Below, one piece after another: positions 29,106 through 32,000 of a stretch of DNA of 32,000 bases (position 1 is the first letter of the stretch; each line of letters starts with the position of its first letter). The notes below the pieces were generated by a model, which ran no database searches, had not been told where the DNA came from, and saw nothing but the letters and a program-made list of their open reading frames with translations. The position numbers were made by a program, and so were the translations under genes. This DNA is from Wolbachia endosymbiont of Onchocerca ochengi. GTDB taxonomy: Bacteria > Pseudomonadota > Alphaproteobacteria > Rickettsiales > Anaplasmataceae. Where the stretch lies: NCBI RefSeq assembly GCF_000306885.1, contig NC_018267.1:870001-902000 (forward strand), in the 5' to 3' direction.

Positions 29106-29753
29106 CTAATTTATACAGATAGCAATAAGAGGAGCAGTGAAAATGAAGCTGTCCATACGATCAAGTATTCCTCCATGGCCAGGTATCATACTTCCACTAT
29201 CTTTAACATTATAAGCTCTTTTAATAAGAGATTCAGTGAAATCGCCAAGTTGTGCTAGAATAGCAACTATAAGTCCGATTATTGGAGAATAAAAGATTGA
29301 AAATAGACCTAAAAATACTGATCCAAGAATCGCGCATATCATTCCAGCTAAGGTTGCACCAAAAAATCCTGACCAAGTTTTTCCAGGACTAACAATTGAG
29401 CAAATTCTAGCTCCACCAAAATTCTTGCCAAACAGATACGCAGTAATATCAATATTCCAAATTGTTAAGATGAGCCATACTAATGTGTATTTCCCTTGTG
29501 GTAGATTATATAGGTATATCAACGAAGCATTCGGTAGTGCAATCAATAACAACGCGAAAACATATAAGATCCTGTTCCCCTGAGTTAGATTATACCATTC
29601 AAAAGAAGATAGAACTGCTATCGAAAGAACCAGTAGGTAAAATGATAAATCATTGAAATATATAGCAAAAAAGAATATAAGCAATATTATTATTGAAGAC
29701 AGTACTCTAATTATAAAGTTGTTATCTACCATATCTTTTCTCTCTTTTTGCAT
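29106..29753 (-). CDS. cdsA: Phosphatidate cytidylyltransferase (CDP-diglyceride synthase)
   Basis: 215 aa and multi-TM. It carries the CTP-transferase-1 signature SLIKRAYNVKDSGSMIPGHGGILDRMDS. The alternative start at 29732 (MVDNN...) would overlap the uppS stop by 11 nt instead of 32. Confidence 0.88.
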   Translation of the reverse strand: MQKERKDMVDNNFIIRVLSSIIILLIFFFAIYFNDLSFYLLVLSIAVLSSFEWYNLTQGNRILYVFALLLIALPNASLIYLYNLPQGKYTLVWLILTIWNIDITAYLFGKNFGGARICSIVSPGKTWSGFFGATLAGMICAILGSVFLGLFSIFYSPIIGLIVAILAQLGDFTESLIKRAYNVKDSGSMIPGHGGILDRMDSFIFTAPLIAICIN

Positions 29754-30417
29754 AGTCTTCTAATGCTCTGCTCAAATCTTGACAAGAAAAATCAGGCCAC
29801 AAAGTATCACAAAAATATAATTCAGCGTAAGCTGCTTGCCATAATAAAAAGTTACTTAACCTTTTTTCACCACCAGTGCGAATTAATAAGTCTAACTTTG
29901 GCAAATCTTTAGTATACAAAAATTTTTCAAATCTGTCCTCTGACACAGAATCAATATTTTCTTTTATAATGTTACTTATAGCATGTATAATTTCTTGTTT
30001 TGCTCCATAGCTAACCGCTACAGTAAGTAATAAGCTATCATTCTTACGAGTCATTTCTTCCACTTTTTTTATTTGATCAAATACTTTTTGAGGTAACAAA
30101 TTTAAATTTCCAACAAAATTCAATTTAATATTATAGTTACAAATAAAATTAACTTTATCTTTATCTGTCAAAGCAAAGTAAAGTAAATCAAATATGCAAT
30201 CAATTTCTTCTTTAGGCCTGAGCCAATTTTCCATAGAAAATGCATATAAAGTTAAACATGGTATGGTTAAAGTTATACAATACTTAGCAATATCGTATGC
30301 AACCTCACTACCTTTTCTATAACCATCAATTTTTATTTTCCCCTGCTTGTTTGCCCATCTACTATTACCATCCATTATGATCGCTAAATGTTTTGGTAGA
30401 GACTCTAAATTTAACAT
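29722..30417 (-). CDS. uppS: Di-trans,poly-cis-undecaprenyl-diphosphate synthase
   Basis: 231 aa with HLAIIMDGNSRWA (the DGN.RWA motif), YAFSMENW, and RTGGEKRLSNFLLWQAAYAELYF. Confidence 0.93.
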   Translation of the reverse strand: MLNLESLPKHLAIIMDGNSRWANKQGKIKIDGYRKGSEVAYDIAKYCITLTIPCLTLYAFSMENWLRPKEEIDCIFDLLYFALTDKDKVNFICNYNIKLNFVGNLNLLPQKVFDQIKKVEEMTRKNDSLLLTVAVSYGAKQEIIHAISNIIKENIDSVSEDRFEKFLYTKDLPKLDLLIRTGGEKRLSNFLLWQAAYAELYFCDTLWPDFSCQDLSRALEDYAKREKRYGR

Positions 30418-30423
30418 TCAAAT

Positions 30424-30759
30424 TTAACCAGGTTTTGACTTAAGTGAAAATTCTTTTGATTTCAGCAGGTACCTGGAAAGCATCATCTCAATATTCCGAT
30501 ACTGAGATCCAGAAACCTTGATTGTAAACAATAAGCACATCAAGTTGATGAGCATAAAAGCAGCTGGTCTTATGTTACAAAATATAACTTTCTTAATAAA
30601 GTTACTAAAAGCTGAATCCAAGTATCGGAAAACTGAGATGACATCCTTCTTGGCAGAAACTATTCTTAAACCACAACACTTACACAGTCGCGCATCAGCT
30701 ACCCGTATAACACCTTTTAAAGTAATTTGTTTTTCCTCACTATCGAAGGCTTCTTTCAT
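30424..30759 (-). CDS. Orphan hypothetical protein (111 aa) filling the frr-uppS spacer
   Basis: The ATG lies 6 nt after the frr stop, and the stop lies 6 nt before the uppS ATG. It has a Cys cluster (LCKCCG) and one hydrophobic segment (PAAFMLINLMCLLFTI). I recognise no family, and the opposite strand is also open (30518-30769). Confidence 0.35.
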   Translation of the reverse strand: MKEAFDSEEKQITLKGVIRVADARLCKCCGLRIVSAKKDVISVFRYLDSAFSNFIKKVIFCNIRPAAFMLINLMCLLFTIKVSGSQYRNIEMMLSRYLLKSKEFSLKSKPG

Positions 30760-30765
30760 ATCAAC

Positions 30766-31323
30766 TTAGCAATGCAATATCTCCTTTTCTTTAATAGACA
30801 ATTCATCATCAATCTTTTCGATATTATCATCAGTAATATTTTGTATTTGCTTTTTAGCACCATGAAAATCATCCTCTGAGATTTCTTTACTCTCCTGCAT
30901 TTTCTCTATTTCTTCCATAGCATCTCTACGTATATTTCTAATAGCAACCCGCGCATTTTCAGCAAACTGGTTCAATAATTTTACTAATCTTTCACGAGTT
31001 TCTTGCGTTAGATCTGGAAGAGTTACACGTATAGCATTACCTTCAACAACAGGGTTTAAGTTTAAATTAGCACTTAATATAGCATTTTTTACTTCACCTA
31101 TAATACTAATATCCCAAATTTTAATTGACAAAGTTTTATTATCTGCAACTGAGATACCTGCAACCTGACTTAGTTTTTGATGCCCACTATAGATGTTTAC
31201 AACTATGCCATCTAGTAATGATGCGTTAGCTCTGCCAGTACGTATACCTTTAATATCATTATGAAAAGACTGAATAGTCTTTAGCATCTTTTCTTTTGTT
31301 TTAGTTTTTACCTCGTTCAACAT
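30766..31323 (-). CDS. frr: Ribosome recycling factor
   Basis: 185 aa. The features IKGIRTGRANASLLDGIVV, LTQETRERLVK, NARVAIRNIRRDA and the overall length are typical of Frr. Confidence 0.95.
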   Translation of the reverse strand: MLNEVKTKTKEKMLKTIQSFHNDIKGIRTGRANASLLDGIVVNIYSGHQKLSQVAGISVADNKTLSIKIWDISIIGEVKNAILSANLNLNPVVEGNAIRVTLPDLTQETRERLVKLLNQFAENARVAIRNIRRDAMEEIEKMQESKEISEDDFHGAKKQIQNITDDNIEKIDDELSIKEKEILHC

Positions 31324-31330
31324 AAATTAC

Positions 31331-32000
31331 CTATCGTTTACAACCTGATAAAACTATAGTATAAGTACCAAGACCTTTAATAATATTAACTATTTTTTCC
31401 CCTTTCAAAGAAAAAACTATAATTGGAATAGAATTCTCACGCGCAAGAGAGACGGCTGATGCATCCATAATTTTTAAATCACGCGTTAATAAATCCATAT
31501 AAGAAAGCCTATCATACATTATGGCATCTTCATTTTCCTCAGGATCAGCAGAGTATACACCATTTACTTGGGTGCCTTTCAGGATAACATCACAATTCAT
31601 TTCAATAGCACGTAGAGCTGCAGCTGTATCTGTAGTAAAAAATGGATTACCAGTACCAGCTGCAAAGATTACTACTCTACCTTTTTCTAAATGACGAATA
31701 GCTTTTTCCCTTATATAAGGCTCACATATAGTGGTCATAGGTATTGCAGACAACACTCTAGAATTTACTAAATTTTTTTCTAAAAAGTTTTGTAAAGTTA
31801 GAGCATTGATTATAGTTGCAAGCATTCCAATATAATCACTGCTTGCTCTTTCACAACTACTTAAAGATGCAGATGACGCACCACGGAAGATATTACCACC
31901 ACCAACTACAATACATACTTGAACTCCAAGCTTATAAACATCAGCTATACCTTTGCACAATTGATCTATAACTTTTATGTCGTGACCAAAAGGTCGTGAT
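31331..32000 (-). CDS. pyrH: UMP kinase, partial (N-terminus beyond the window end)
   Basis: It has [29 protein letters not shown] and GVYSADP. The track start at 31960 is an internal TTG. The frame stays open to base 32000 ([13 protein letters not shown]...), as expected for the upstream part of PyrH. Confidence 0.93.
   Translation of the reverse strand, partial: SRPFGHDIKVIDQLCKGIADVYKLGVQVCIVVGGGNIFRGASSASLSSCERASSDYIGMLATIINALTLQNFLEKNLVNSRVLSAIPMTTICEPYIREKAIRHLEKGRVVIFAAGTGNPFFTTDTAAALRAIEMNCDVILKGTQVNGVYSADPEENEDAIMYDRLSYMDLLTRDLKIMDASAVSLARENSIPIIVFSLKGEKIVNIIKGLGTYTIVLSGCKR

Noticed and set aside
30466-30630. Within the frr-uppS orphan ORF there is a 10-bp palindrome CAGGTACCTG (30466-30475) and a perfect 10-bp inverted repeat, TTCCGATACT (30494-30503) / AGTATCGGAA (30621-30630). 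These hint at a structured RNA or a palindromic-element insertion.
   Set aside because: A rough estimate gives about ten perfect 10-bp inverted repeats within 150 nt by chance in a window of this size and composition. I saw no second copy of the sequence elsewhere in the window. It is kept only as context for the orphan-ORF finding.
1-32000. Search for CRISPR arrays, rRNA genes, intact prophage/WO modules, toxin-antitoxin pairs, or defence-island architecture.
   Set aside because: I saw no regularly spaced direct repeats and no rRNA-like conserved blocks. There are no intact accessory ORFs, and every mobile or accessory-type sequence I could recognise (IS110, Rpn-like, ankyrin, helicase) is degraded.

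Overview
This is an AT-rich segment of a Rickettsiales-type chromosome. The gene set (dnaA, purA, ppdK, glpX, ychF, a CCA-adding enzyme, Mrp/ApbC, a zf-CHCC protein, and pyrH-frr-uppS-cdsA) and my recollection of the DnaA N-terminus suggest an Anaplasmataceae endosymbiont. Wolbachia, possibly a filarial-nematode strain, is the most likely source. That is an inference I cannot verify here. I support about 18 intact-looking CDS and one tRNA-Phe(GAA). I found no rRNA, CRISPR array, intact mobile element, or intact defence/toxin locus. About 13.1 kb (41%) of the window lies in seven blocks with no ORF of 60 aa or more: 3122-4907, 6216-7996, 11629-12982, 14264-15303, 16399-17302, 18236-20178 and 22861-27168. 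Hand translation shows that several blocks are decayed genes. These include three IS110-family transposase relics sharing a 3' terminal motif, a PD-(D/E)XK (Rpn/YhgA-like) transposase relic, an ankyrin-repeat relic, a helicase C-terminal scrap, and a coaD pseudogene with an internal deletion. I did not find a convincing novel intact system. The most checkable oddities are: a nonsense codon at codon 4 of mrp; a GATase1/C26-like gene whose signal peptide lies upstream of any canonical start codon; an orphan 111-codon ORF that exactly fills the frr-uppS gap; a catalytic-domain-only glutamine-synthetase-like ORF; and an (AT)12 microsatellite in the promoter region of the zf-CHCC gene. All family assignments come from motif recognition by eye, with no database search.
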